Part shown: positions 25,110-36,566 of the stretch, piece after piece
Layout of the letters: each line of letters starts with the position of its first letter
Position numbering within the stretch: position 1 is the stretch's first letter
Assembly: GCF_006345805.1 (NCBI RefSeq)
Contig: NC_043018.1
Location: 19,778,001-19,842,000 of the forward strand
Length of the DNA stretch: 64,000 nt
DNA from: Octopus sinensis
Taxonomy: Eukaryota
Reading direction: 5' to 3'
The notes under the pieces: model-generated
What the model saw: the letters and a program-made list of their open reading frames with translations, nothing else
Told to the model about the DNA's origin: nothing
Databases searched by the model: none
Translations under genes and position numbers: made by a program

Positions 25110-25342
25110 AAGCAACTGGTAGGTGGGTGGGTGGGTGGGTGGCAAACATACACACACACACACATACATGCACACATACACACAATGGGTTTCCACACAG
25201 TTTCTGCTTATCAAATTCACTCATAAGGCATTGGTCAGCCTGGCGCTATAATAGAAGACACCTACTCAATGTGCCATGCAGTGGGACTGAACCTGAAACG
25301 ACAGGGCTGCAAAGCAAACTTCTTAACCACACAGCCAGGCCT
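25110..25342 (-). mobile_element. SINE family A, divergent variant (inverted twin of 23351)
   Basis: Nearly identical reverse complement of 23351-23580. Confidence 0.8.
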
Positions 25343-25869
25343 GGATCTGGTTGGTTTAAATGCCAAGGTGTTAATGTAGTGTACCATCTTGATGGTACAT
25401 CTGATCTAAGAAAGCTAGGGTGTCAACTCCAGGGTTAAAATTAATTAAATACAGGATGTATTTAATGGTGTGTCATTCCCCAACATACTCCAGCCTCTGC
25501 TTCACAGACACATTGTGTCCACCCTCTGCTTTGTCTACCATTACTACTGTGGACATTGCTCTTCGGCACTGGTTAGTCTCATTCCACCCCAACTTAAACA
25601 TTCCCAACTTCCCAATCTTTCTACTTGTTCCTAATGTCATGTCCACCAAACCAGCTGCACCCTGCTTTTGGTTCCACATTTGGCCACTACACCAAATCCT
25701 TCCTTTCTGTTGACCATGTTTTTACCACCATTGTTGACTTGTCCAAGAGTAGCATTAACTGTATGGCCCTAAGTTGTCTTGAAGGCCCAGTCAAGACGTT
25801 GGACATGCCTCCAGGCCAATTTGTTGTGAAGGCGTGTTTTAAGAGAATGGGCATGCCCCCTTCTACCAG

Positions 25870-26085
25870 ATACAGTGGCGAGCTGGCAGAAACGTTAGCA
25901 TGCTGGGCGAAATGCTTAGTAGTATTTTGTCTGCTGTTACGTTCTGAGTTCAAATTCTGCCGAGGTCAACTTTGCCTTTCATCCTTTCAGGGTCGATAAA
26001 TTAAGTACCAGTTATGTACTGGGGTCGATGTAATCAACTTAATCCTTTTGTCTGTCCTTGTTTTTCCGGGCAGTAAAGAAATAAG
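25870..26085 (+). mobile_element. SINE family B
   Basis: Family motifs. Confidence 0.85.
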
Positions 26086-26095
26086 ATACAGATCC

Positions 26096-26355
26096 TTTCA
26101 TGAGATCAATTTGTCTTGGAGGACCTGTGAAGACACTGGCTGCAGCTCTTTTCTACAGATCATTGTCTTGGTGAGTTTGGGAAGACAATGAGCACACCTC
26201 TCTTTATCCAAGCTAATTTGTCTTGCAGATTCTGTGAAGACAATGGATGCACCCTCTTCCTCTAGACCATTTTGCTTTGGAGAGTCTGTGGAGAAAATGG
26301 ACCTCACCTATCTCTAAACTAATTTGTATTGGAGTGTCTGCAAAGACAATGGTCA
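26096..26355 (-). repeat. degenerate ~52-54-bp tandem repeat, 5 units
   Basis: Recurrent CA(A)TTTGTCTTGGAGAGTCTGTGAAGACAATGG-like core on the + strand. Confidence 0.6.
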
Positions 26356-26375
26356 TACCCTTTCTTGCAGACTTT

Positions 26376-26655
26376 TGTAACGGGGGCTCTGTGTGTGTCA
26401 CCTTAGTGTCATGCACTAATACGGTGTGATATATAGTACCACAGAACACGGTCTCCACCTGATGTATCCCCAAATACTCTTTCAACAACTGTAACCAATC
26501 CAAAACGACTCTCAACGAACTATAACAACTTCTCAACAACTCCATGAACTCACAAATGACACCTTTCGACTTCCTGCGATTTCCCCCCTCTTGTTTTCAA
26601 TCAAACACACTTCTACTTATACGAGTTCAGCTAGTCCATTCTCACAAGGGGGTGT
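26376..26655. mobile_element. possible solo LTR
   Basis: Begins TGTAACGGGGG and ends GGGGGTGTCATGA; TATAAG on the minus strand; no TSD recognised. Confidence 0.25.
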
Positions 26656-27559
26656 CATGATTCTCACCATAACTCAGACCACTCTTGATAAAGGCAACTT
26701 TATTCGATTAGGAACTTATCAAAGGATTGAAAGGAAGGGAAAGATTTTCCTAGAAATTAGAAACCAAGTGTGTAAAGAAGTGAAAACATTTGTTACAAAG
26801 GAAGGTAGGTGCCATGAAAGATTCCCAGAAAATGGTTTTTAGCTATTCTTGAAGTGTGAACAATGAAACTCTAATATAATAATATGTTTGAAGAATAAAT
26901 TAGGAAAATAATTAACTGTTACGTTAATTGCTCTGGCATCAAACCAATTGTGGACTGAAGTAGAAATTTATGAAGAGGGTTTGTAATTCGTTTGTGAGAA
27001 ATTTCTTTCTTGTTTTCTTCTTGGTTTCTTCTGTCTTTTACTTGTTTCATTCATTAACTTGTGGCCATGCTGGGGCACAGCCCTGATGGGTTTAGTCGAA
27101 CAAATTAATACCGGTACTTAAATTTTGTAAAGTCTGGTACTTATTGTATTGGTCTCATTTGCTGAACTACTAAGTTACTAGGATATTTTACTTGTTTCAT
27201 TCATTAACTTGTGCCCCATTGTTTCACTTGTACTTAATTTATTGACCCCGAAAGGATGAAAAGCAAAGTTGACTTTGGTGAAATTTGAACTCAGAATGTA
27301 AAGAGGGACGAAATACTGCTAAGCCTTTCACCCAGCGTGCTAACGATTCTGCCAGCTCACCACCTTCAAATGAAGAAATGATATTAAAGAGATGTAAATT
27401 ATACATTAATTGAAATGAAAGGGGTGAAATGTGATGGGATAAGATGTAGGTTAGTAGTAGGTTAAAATAAAAGAAAGGAGAAAAAATTAAAATGGGGGGA
27501 ATAAGTTGAAGGAAGAATAGAATAAAGAAGATGAAAGAAACTGAGGTAATTTTTTGTAA

Positions 27560-27885
27560 ATAGTCAGATATAATGGACCCTTAGTTCTGAACCTTTTCTC
27601 TCTCAAAGACCCCTTTTATTTAAACAAATTTTCTCACAGACCCCAGCTTTTTGAAAGGTCTATTTCCTGAATAAGCCAATGTTATTAAATGACAACACAC
27701 TTGTTTTCTTCATTTTGTCTCATAATCAAAAGATATATGTAATTAAATAATTATAAGTAATTGAGTAATTATATATTTTAAATTGCCACCTTTTAGAATT
27801 TTGAACTCAGTTCACAGAAGAACCCCAAGCAGTGTCTTTGTGGTCCCCATTTGTTTGCAAACCGTAGCTTTGGGAAATCGTTGAT
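27560..27885. mobile_element. old hAT (Charlie-like) MITE
   Basis: Left end resembles GGTTCTCAACCTTTT...GACCCC; right end GTCCCC...GGGAAATCGTTG. Confidence 0.35.
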
Positions 27886-28629
27886 TCTGAAGGTCAAGAA
27901 AAATGTATATAGAAGTCATTAGATTTAGATAATTAATCAAAACAACAAGAGTTGGATAAGAAATTAGTCTTGCTGGTTGAGTTAACTTAAATCAGAAAGA
28001 ATAAAGATGTAAGATGAAAAACAGTGTTGTAAGAGGCTGATGGTTAGTAAGGAGAGACACACAAATAAGAAAGAAGAAAGCAAAGGACCACTGATGCGGT
28101 CACAGGAGTGTGACGAAAGAACTCTGGCCGAAATAAGATTAAGATTAATGTAAAAAATAAATAACACTGAAGCAAAGTAACACCAAATATATAGTGCGTG
28201 TGTTTTTATTGGCTAAACCGGCAAAATGACCGTTCCTAAATACAACAATATCTGTTTCAACACACGATTTCACATCAAAAATCTTGCAAAACAAATATAT
28301 AAACGTAAGTGTTGTAAGAGGTTCAAAGACAAACATGAATGCTGCATTTCATTGGAATTTAATAGAAATGGTAATAAACGAGGTTTCTGGTTGCAGAGTT
28401 ACTCTAAGAAATGTCTATTTGCAATGGAACGCATTGCAACTCATTAGCAATTATTTTAATGGGAGCTTTTTGTTAAAAAAAAAAGAAATAGCATTTTCAG
28501 TTACATATTTCTTTATTGATTTCAAGGTGTCTCTTATACATTAAGTGCCAATACCTTCTTGAGAATTTATCAGAGTTTTTCTATTATACCTATTTACATA
28601 TAATAGAAAAATTTAAATTAAAAAGCACC

Positions 28630-28945
28630 ATCTGTTCGTGGCCGTTGCCAGCCTCGCCTGGCCCCCGTGCCGGTGGCACGTTAAAAGCACCATCTGATCG
28701 TGGCCGTTTGCCAGCCTCGTCTGGCACCTGTGCAGGTGGCTCGTAAAAAAAGCACCCACTACACTCACGGAGTGGTTGGCGTTAGGAAGGGCATCCAGCC
28801 GTAGAAACACTGCCAGATCTGACTGGGCCTGGTGCAGCCTTCGGGCTTCCCAGACCCCAGTTGAACCGTCCAACCCATGCTAGCATGGAAAACAGACGCT
28901 AAACGATGATGATAATGATGATGATGATGATGATGATGATGATAT
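28630..28945 (+). mobile_element. SINE family C
   Basis: Internal repeats, RTE-like tail and (GAT)n. Confidence 0.85.
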
Positions 28946-29239
28946 ATGGGCTGGCTTAACCACTTTTTTCATGGGTGCTTTTTATGTGGACTGGCATGAG
29001 GGCACTTGCAAGGAAAAAATCCTTCAGGTGCTGGGGAGTGGGAGGCATTAACAACTCTGCTGTGGTGGGCAGGTTTTCTTGTGTACAGCAAGGCACCAAA
29101 TATCTCGGTCCTTTGTCACCTCCTTTGTATGTCTCAGTGTCCTGGTATTAGCCTTCAGTACTTTGTCCCCTGTCTTCTGCTAGTTCCATTCACTTCAAGT
29201 GATTGGTACTTTCTTATGCAACCATCCTCATCCTTCTGA

Positions 29240-30150
29240 ATCACATGACCAACCCAATGCTGTCTCCTCTCTTGCCCATTCTATTTAATTCCCCTTATGC
29301 CTAGCTTTTCTCTCAATATACTAGCATTCTGTTGTCCACATACACTTACATTGCACATCCAGCAGGGCATACTAGCATCGTTCCTCTCTAGCCTTTGCGT
29401 GTCCTCTGCATTCAGGGCCAACATCTCACTACCATGTAGTACTGCTGTTTCTATACAAGCATCATACAATCTTCCTTTCATTCAGAGAGAGAGAGAGACT
29501 TTGTTGCCAACAAAGGTAAAAGCTCTTTGAATTTTCACCATCCTATTCTTATTCTAGAGATTACACTTTCCATACATCCTCACCAATTACTAATTAGGTC
29601 CTTTAAGTAGTAAAAGTTTTCTGCTACCCTTAAAAAGCTTCTGGGGCATTTAGGTGTAGTTTTTATGGCTCCTGTGCATCTTCCACACACAAGCACCACC
29701 TTCTCTGATAACCTTCCTGTTATTCCATTGCACCTCTTGTGTGTCTATAGCTTGCACCAGGTACACCGTATGAAATTCCTGCCTACACCATTCCTACATA
29801 TTGAGCTGGGCCATTTACCTGAAGGAGATAAGGTCCTGTTTGTTTTCTTGATTACTGAAACCTTAGAACCTTAGTCTTTGCTAAGTTAAACTTAAGGCCC
29901 TTCGATTCCAGATTTTACTTCCATACCTGGAATATCTTTTCTAGCTCTGATATAGAATCTGCTATCAGAGCCAGGTCATCAGTAGCCAGTCTTGAATTCC
30001 TCTGTTATGGCCTGGAGGATAATGATACAAAAGGAGGGGACCAAGAACCAAGCCCTGATAAACACCTACCTGTACACCAAAGTCATCACTGTACTGATGG
30101 TTAACTCTCACCTCACTGACAGGCACTGTACATGGCCTGTACAGCATTCA
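29240..30150 (-). mobile_element. RTE LINE reverse-transcriptase region, pseudogenised
   Basis: VGVYQGLVLGPLL, (T)DDLALIADS, KGLKFNLAKTK, KGRLYDACIETAVLHGSE motifs with stops and frameshifts. Confidence 0.85.
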
Positions 30151-30959
30151 CAAGCCACTATGTGTGTGCAGATAGATAGATAGATAGATAGCTAGATAGA
30201 AAGATATATATATATATATATAGATAGATAGATAGTTTGATAGATAAATATAGTATATGAGAAAGTATGTGGAGGGGAAAATAGAAAGAATATTTATTAG
30301 TAAATCAATGTCAATTTGCGCCATTTTCTTCATAGCATCTGAAGAGATGCAGGAGATAATGAGGGAGAGAGAGAGACAGAGACAGACAGACAGACAGAGA
30401 AAGAGAGAGAGAGCGAGCGAGAGAGGATATATATTTTTTTTTCTTTTTTACATCTAAATGTATAACTGTATATACAACAATGCTAACACATTCTAAAAGA
30501 ATGTCCTAATTCCTAGTTCCAGGTAAATGTCTTGGAAACTCCCCCACCCCCACCCCCACCAAAGAACAAAAAAAAAAAACAGCCAAAAAAGCACGCAAAC
30601 AAAACCCAAATAAATAAACCAACCATAAAGAAAATACTTTTTCCTATTGATTGATTCTCGTTATTGATTTCTTACAATGTAACAAATGAACACGCTTTGT
30701 TGTAGTTAAAGGACTGAACGAAAGCTTTGGCTTGTTATTTTTTTTTTTGTCTTTTTGTTGTTTTCTGTCTTTTGTTTTAAGCCTTCTTTTTTTTTTTATC
30801 GCTTGTTTCTTTTGTTGTTGTTGTTGTTGGTTTTTTTTTTTTAAATTCTTTCGTTCGCTGATTATCGAGCTTTTCTGTTAGTTTTGTACCACATTAGTCT
30901 TTACACAAAGAGGTACATTCATATTTTTCTTATCTCTCGTCTCAACTTGCTTTTATTTA

Positions 30960-31067
30960 TTTATCTATTTATTATTATCATCATTATTATTATTATTATT
31001 ACTATTATTATTATTATTATTATTATTATCATCATCATTATTATTATTATCATTGTTATTGTCATTA

Positions 31068-31104
<37 letters not shown>

Positions 31105-31197
31105 CATCATCATCATATTTTTATTACTATTTTAATTATTATTATTTTATATTATTATCATCATCATTATTTTATTACATCATTGTTATTGTCATTA

Positions 31198-31240
<43 letters not shown>

Positions 31241-31370
31241 CATCATCATCATTATTATTATTATTACTATTATTATTATTATTATTATTATTATTATCAT
31301 TATTATTATTATTATCATCATCATCATCATCGTCGGCGGCGTCGTTGTTGTTGTTGTTATTTATTTTTAT
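30960..31370. repeat. (ATT)n/(ATC)n microsatellite
   Basis: Direct reading. Confidence 0.95.
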
Positions 31371-32220
31371 TTTTTTATTTTTTTTTTTTTTTTTGCTGGC
31401 AACATCAATTTTCATATCACTGAAAACTGGGTCTTTAGATTCTCTCCTATCATATTTCTGGTTGTAGTTATGCTTTTGTCTCTTCTGTAGTCTCTTCAAA
31501 CCGTTTATTTATTTTTTTGTTTTGTTGTTGTTGTTGTTGTTGTTGTTGTTGGTAGTGTTTCTGTTTTGTTTTTTGGTTTTTCAAAAGAAAAATTGTAATT
31601 AGGTTTTGTGAAGTTAAAAGACAACAGGAAAAAAAAACACAACAACTAAAATAACAGAAAAGACGAAAAGAAAAATTGAATTTAAAAAAAAATATATAAT
31701 ATTTTACTCCGCTGATGGAGAAGATATAATGCAGGAGTGAGTGAGAGAGAGGGAGGGAGAGAGAGACAGAAAGTGAGAGAGAGACAGAAAGTGAGAGAGA
31801 GACAGAAAGTGAGAGAGAGAGAGAGGTACATTAGTGAGATAATTAGTTATGTAGGTGTTGATATATATATATACATACACATGTACAAATGTATATATGT
31901 ACATGTGTGTCTCTCTTTCACTCTGTGTGTGTATATATATATATATACAAACACACACATGTATATGTATTTGTATATATACAGATACATATATATACAC
32001 ACATACACACATATATATATGTATATATATATATACACACACACACATATATACACAAACATATATATACACAAACACACACACACACCTGCATATATTC
32101 ATTTTTATGTCTGTTTTTCTATGCTGGCAGGAGTTAGGTGAATAATGAATATATTTTAGTGAGGCATTGTTTCATAGCCAGATGTGGGTGTATGCATGTA
32201 TGTATAATATATGTGTTTTC

Positions 32221-32251
<31 letters not shown>

Positions 32252-32419
32252 TGTATGTATGTATGTATGTAGGTAGGTGTATGTATACATACGTATGACA
32301 CACACTTTCCAAAGATGGAAGAATAGTTTGGTATGCTGAGTAAATATAGCTAGATAGTTATCAAGATAAGTAAGGTAATAGCTAAACTGTTATACATAGA
32401 AACAAGAGAATGGCAGGGA

Positions 32420-32652
32420 GATAGAGGAGAGAGAGAGAGAGAGAAAGAGAGAGGAGAGAAGAGAAAGAGAGAGAGAGGAGAGAAAGAGAGAGAGAGAGAG
32501 AAAGAAGAGAGAGAGAGAGGAGAGAGAGAGAAAGAAAGAGAGAGAGAAAGAAAGAGAGAGAGAAAGAGCGAGAGAAGAAGAGAAGACGAGGAGAGAAAGA
32601 AAGAAAGAGAGATGAAGAGAGAGAGAGAAGAAAGATAGAGAGAGAGAGAGAG
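32420..32652. repeat. (GA)n/polypurine tract
   Basis: Direct reading. Confidence 0.95.
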
Positions 32653-32989
32653 ATGTCAGCCTATTTCACCAATAGAAATATAAAAATGGCAATTATTTTG
32701 AATTATGATAACATTAATGGAAAACAACAAATTATTTTTCCCCCCAAAGAGTCACTATGGAGAAAAAGAAAGGAAGAGGCAATTCATTGTAAATTAATCT
32801 TGTGTCAAATTAATATACCCTCTTGGAATAGCATTAGATTAAAATAATGGTATGTATAACATTTATGTTGTATATATATATATACCAATGTAGAATGGCA
32901 TTAGCTGTAATATTTATCTCTAGAAGCTTCTCGAAGACATCTGTGTGTTAGAAAAAGACAGAGCTCCACTCAGGAAAGGCATTGGGTTG

Positions 32990-33030
32990 CGAGACACAGG
33001 TGTTTCAACTTTGTTTGGTCTCCTCAGTGA
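32990..33030 (-). ncRNA. degenerate hammerhead-like motif
   Basis: CUGAGGA-GAC-caaacaaa-GUU-GAAA-CACCUGUGU-C; GUC triplet, but stem I pairing is poor. Confidence 0.35.
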
Positions 33031-33214
33031 TGAATACCCAGAATATTCTGAGCCAAGCTGAATAGGCTTGCTCTGATACAGAAATCAGCAATCAAAACAT
33101 TTACTGATTTCTGTGAAAGGCTTGCCAAATTAGAATTCAATTACATATAAACTTGAAAAGCTTCATTTAAATACCTGCATGTTAAAAAACATTTACAATA
33201 TCATATATATATAT

Positions 33215-33277
<63 letters not shown>

Positions 33278-33417
33278 TATATATATTATATTAATTAGAG
33301 ACAAAACCACTATTAGGCAATCATACAATGAAAACTTACAAGCCAATACATAAGATTATTCAATTTAATATTATTTTAAATATATAACAAAATTATAAAC
33401 AAATATAATTAATATAT

Positions 33418-33481
33418 CACTACGATCGTTTCATGGCTGTTAATTTCTTTAAATTTTCAAGTCACAGTCATTCATCAGGTG
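33418..33481 (-). ncRNA. type I hammerhead ribozyme motif, canonical core
   Basis: CAC-CUGAUGA-AUG(A)CUGU...ACAG(C)CAU-GAAA-CGAUCGU-A-GUG; palindromic stem III, GUA site. Confidence 0.75.
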
Positions 33482-33687
33482 GTTTAAATATTTCTCTTGG
33501 CGATGTTTAAACAATGAACTAATTTAATATAATATATTTTACTATAAAATTGGATTCAATCCTAAATCTGATTTTTCCCTGTAAGTTTGGATTTATTCCC
33601 TACGAAAATAAACAAAAGACAAAGGCAGATGGAGTACAAACAAACAAATGCATTAGTATGGTGCTCAGGAATAGAAATAGAACAAGT

Positions 33688-33723
33688 CTTTTACGTTTCG
33701 AGCCTACGCTCTTCGACAGAAAG
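33688..33723 (-). ncRNA. minimal hammerhead-like motif (variant core CUGUCGA)
   Basis: CUUU-CUGUCGA-A-GAGC-guag-GCUC-GAAA-CGU-A-AAAG, inside a repeat at 33590-33750. Confidence 0.55.
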
Positions 33724-34089
33724 ATACACAGAAAAGAAACAAGGAGAGAAATATATATATATATATATATATATATACATGCACATACACATTTTAGTGA
33801 AGCTTCTCAAAGAGACTTGGGTAAAACGTGGTGTCTGACGATCTGCCAATAACATTCTGAGTTAATATTTTATCTTCCAAAACTTAATGTCTTTGAGAAG
33901 TTTCTCTCAGACAGAATGTTACAGCCAATGCGATTCTACACTTGTGTATACGTTATAAAGACCATATATGCTTTAAACATTGTTATTTTTATTTGATGTT
34001 GCTTCATGTGTATATATTGATTTAATTTTAGCTTGACCAGTGATTGTTCTTCTTTAATGATTCTTACATCACAAAGACCTGTCTTCCAC

Positions 34090-34385
34090 AGCAGAAGTGT
34101 TAACGCCACTCACCCCAGTAAAGCGGGTTGGCCTACAAGAGTCCTGTACTGGTGCCACATAAGAAGCACTTGTGCTGGTGCCATGTAAATGCGCTCGTGC
34201 AGTGCCACATAAAAGCACCCAATACACTCTGTAAAGTGGTTGGCATTAGAAAGAGCATCCGTCTTTAGAAACCATGCCAAGACAGACAGGTGGAGCTTGG
34301 TGCAACTCTCTAGCTTTCCAGCTCTGGTCAAGCCATCTAACCCATGCCAGCATGGATAACAGATGTTAAAGAATGATGATGTTGA
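34090..34385 (+). mobile_element. SINE family C (old copy)
   Basis: GTGGTTGGCATTAGAAAGAGCATCC tail motif. Confidence 0.7.
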
Positions 34386-35006
34386 TGAATGAATATATTT
34401 TTGACTTAGCTCAAAATTTCAAGTGATATTCATCACTGAGAGGACCAAATGATGTTAAAACACCAACATCTGATGGATTCCTCATGACATTCTTGAGTGA
34501 GCTCTGTGGTTTCTCTCATATCTTTCTGCATTTGTAAATGCATAATTGTTTTATACACCTGTATTTTATTCAACAGCTGTTTCAAGTGTATAAATCAATT
34601 TATATTATAAATATTATACACAATGTTATGTTAATTATGCAAAAGTTCCAGCAATGACTCTTACAGTTGTTTGATTAACACTCCTATATACTCACTGACT
34701 TAGTATTCCATAGAGCCTCATATCTTTACCCCAGTTTTTCTCAAAGTGGAATGTTTTATATTGATACCAGGGACAAAAGTGTGTAGTAGAGAGCAATAGG
34801 TGTATCTTTTATCTTTTGCTTGTTCCAATTATTTTTGACTGCAACCATGCTGGAGCACTGCTTTGAAGAATGCTAGTTGAACAAATTGACCCCAGGACTT
34901 ATTTTTTTAAGCCTGGTTCTTATTCTATTAGTCTCGTTTGCCTAACTGCTAAGTTATGGGTAGCTAAAGACACCAACATACACTAGTTTACATCTATTAT
35001 TGATAG

Positions 35007-35046
35007 ATGGGTTTAGTTTTGATAATGATGATAGCCTCCTTAATCT
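35007..35046 (+). CDS. candidate 40-nt exon
   Basis: ctattattgatAG|...|GTAAGT; reads (D)GFSFDNDDSLLN(L) or MGLVLIMMIASLI; no homology recognised. Confidence 0.2.
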
Positions 35047-35884
35047 GTAAGTTTCCTATGTTCCATTCTGTTGCCTTGATGGCTGTGTTGATGTTTTGGT
35101 TGTGGCTTTTCTCCCAGTGTTCCTTAACTAACAAAAACATATCACAACAAGTTCCAATAACTCACTCTTCTACAAGAGTTAAACCTATGTTTAACTAGAC
35201 AGAGACATCAATATTGTAATATTACAAGAGACACAAGCTGTTTGTGTGATACACTATGCTGCTATTTGACATTTTCTTTCGTCATAAAATTATTCACAAA
35301 CTGTTGTATAAAATTTAATGCACATCTTTAAAATAGCTAGAAAACATTTCAGCATTTATGTATTTATTTCTATATTTCTATATTTATTCATTTAAATATT
35401 TAATTTATTCCAGAACATTCCTCTGCTGAAAAACAGAAAACATTAAAAGTCATTTTGATTAACATGTAACCACTTTTATGTGGCAACAAATTCATTCATA
35501 AGCACAAACACAAACTATTTCTTAGCATTCAACTCCGTGGTTTCACTGAGATCATTTGCTTTTCTTTCCTTTTGTTTTTTTCTTGTTAGACAGGATATAC
35601 ACCGTTCATTAAACTCTTTTCAATTCCGAATTGCAATTAACTTCTGTCAGCTGTTTTGCTAATAATTTTAGTTGGTTACGAAAACACGGTGCTGTTAGTT
35701 AAAGAGAGCTGCTGCACGCTGTTTGTTTATTGTTTGTAATTATGAAGAATATAAGTAATTCTTGAGCGTCATTAAAATAATTTACATAACGATGATTACA
35801 AAGTTACTTAAAAAGAAAAAAAATGGTGATAACATACACACTTTAACACATACACACACACACACGCGCGTGCACACACATACA

Positions 35885-36132
35885 CACATTGTTATTGCCA
35901 TTATTTTTGTCATCGTCATCATTGACATTATCACTACCATCAGCAGCAGCAGTTCATCATCATCATCACTATCATCATCATCAAGATTGTTATTATCATC
36001 ATTGTTGTCATTGCTGTCACATCGCCATTATTGTCATTGTCATCACCATCATCATTGCTGTCATCGTCATCATCATCATCATCATCACTGTCATCATCAC
36101 CATCACCACTCCTACTCCCACCACCAGTACCA

Positions 36133-36163
<31 letters not shown>

Positions 36164-36335
36164 GATTGTTATTATCATCATTGTTGTCATTGCTGTCACA
36201 TTGCCATTATTATCATCATCATCACCATCATCATTGCTGTCGTCGACGTCGTCATCATCATCATCATCATCATCATGTCATCATCACCATCACCACTCCT
36301 ACTCCCACCACCAGTACCACCACTGCCATCATCAC
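35885..36335. repeat. (CAT)-rich low-complexity tract with an ~180-bp internal duplication
   Basis: CATCAAGATTGTTATTATCATCATTGTTGTCATTGCTGTCACA...CACTCCTACTCCCACCACCAGTACCACC occurs twice. Confidence 0.85.
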
Positions 36336-36566
36336 ACTGGTGTGGGTTTGACAGATCTGCTCGAGTGTCTATGGACACTAAGACCCATGTCTACCTCATA
36401 TATTTATTTATGTCTCTACATGCATGTGCACATGCACAGTCGATGCTAGTGCCGCTAAATTGGCTCCCGTGCCAGTGGCACATAAAAAGCACCATTTGAG
36501 TGTGGTTGATGTCAGTGCCCCCCGAATGTCGTCCGTGTCACTAACAATTCTTTCCAGCTCACCATC

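Noticed and set aside
26213-26545. 110-aa ORF with an integrase-like look (LKEYLGIHQVET)
   Set aside because: No D,D-35-E or YHPQ motif; it spans an LTR-like segment and the degenerate tandem repeat.
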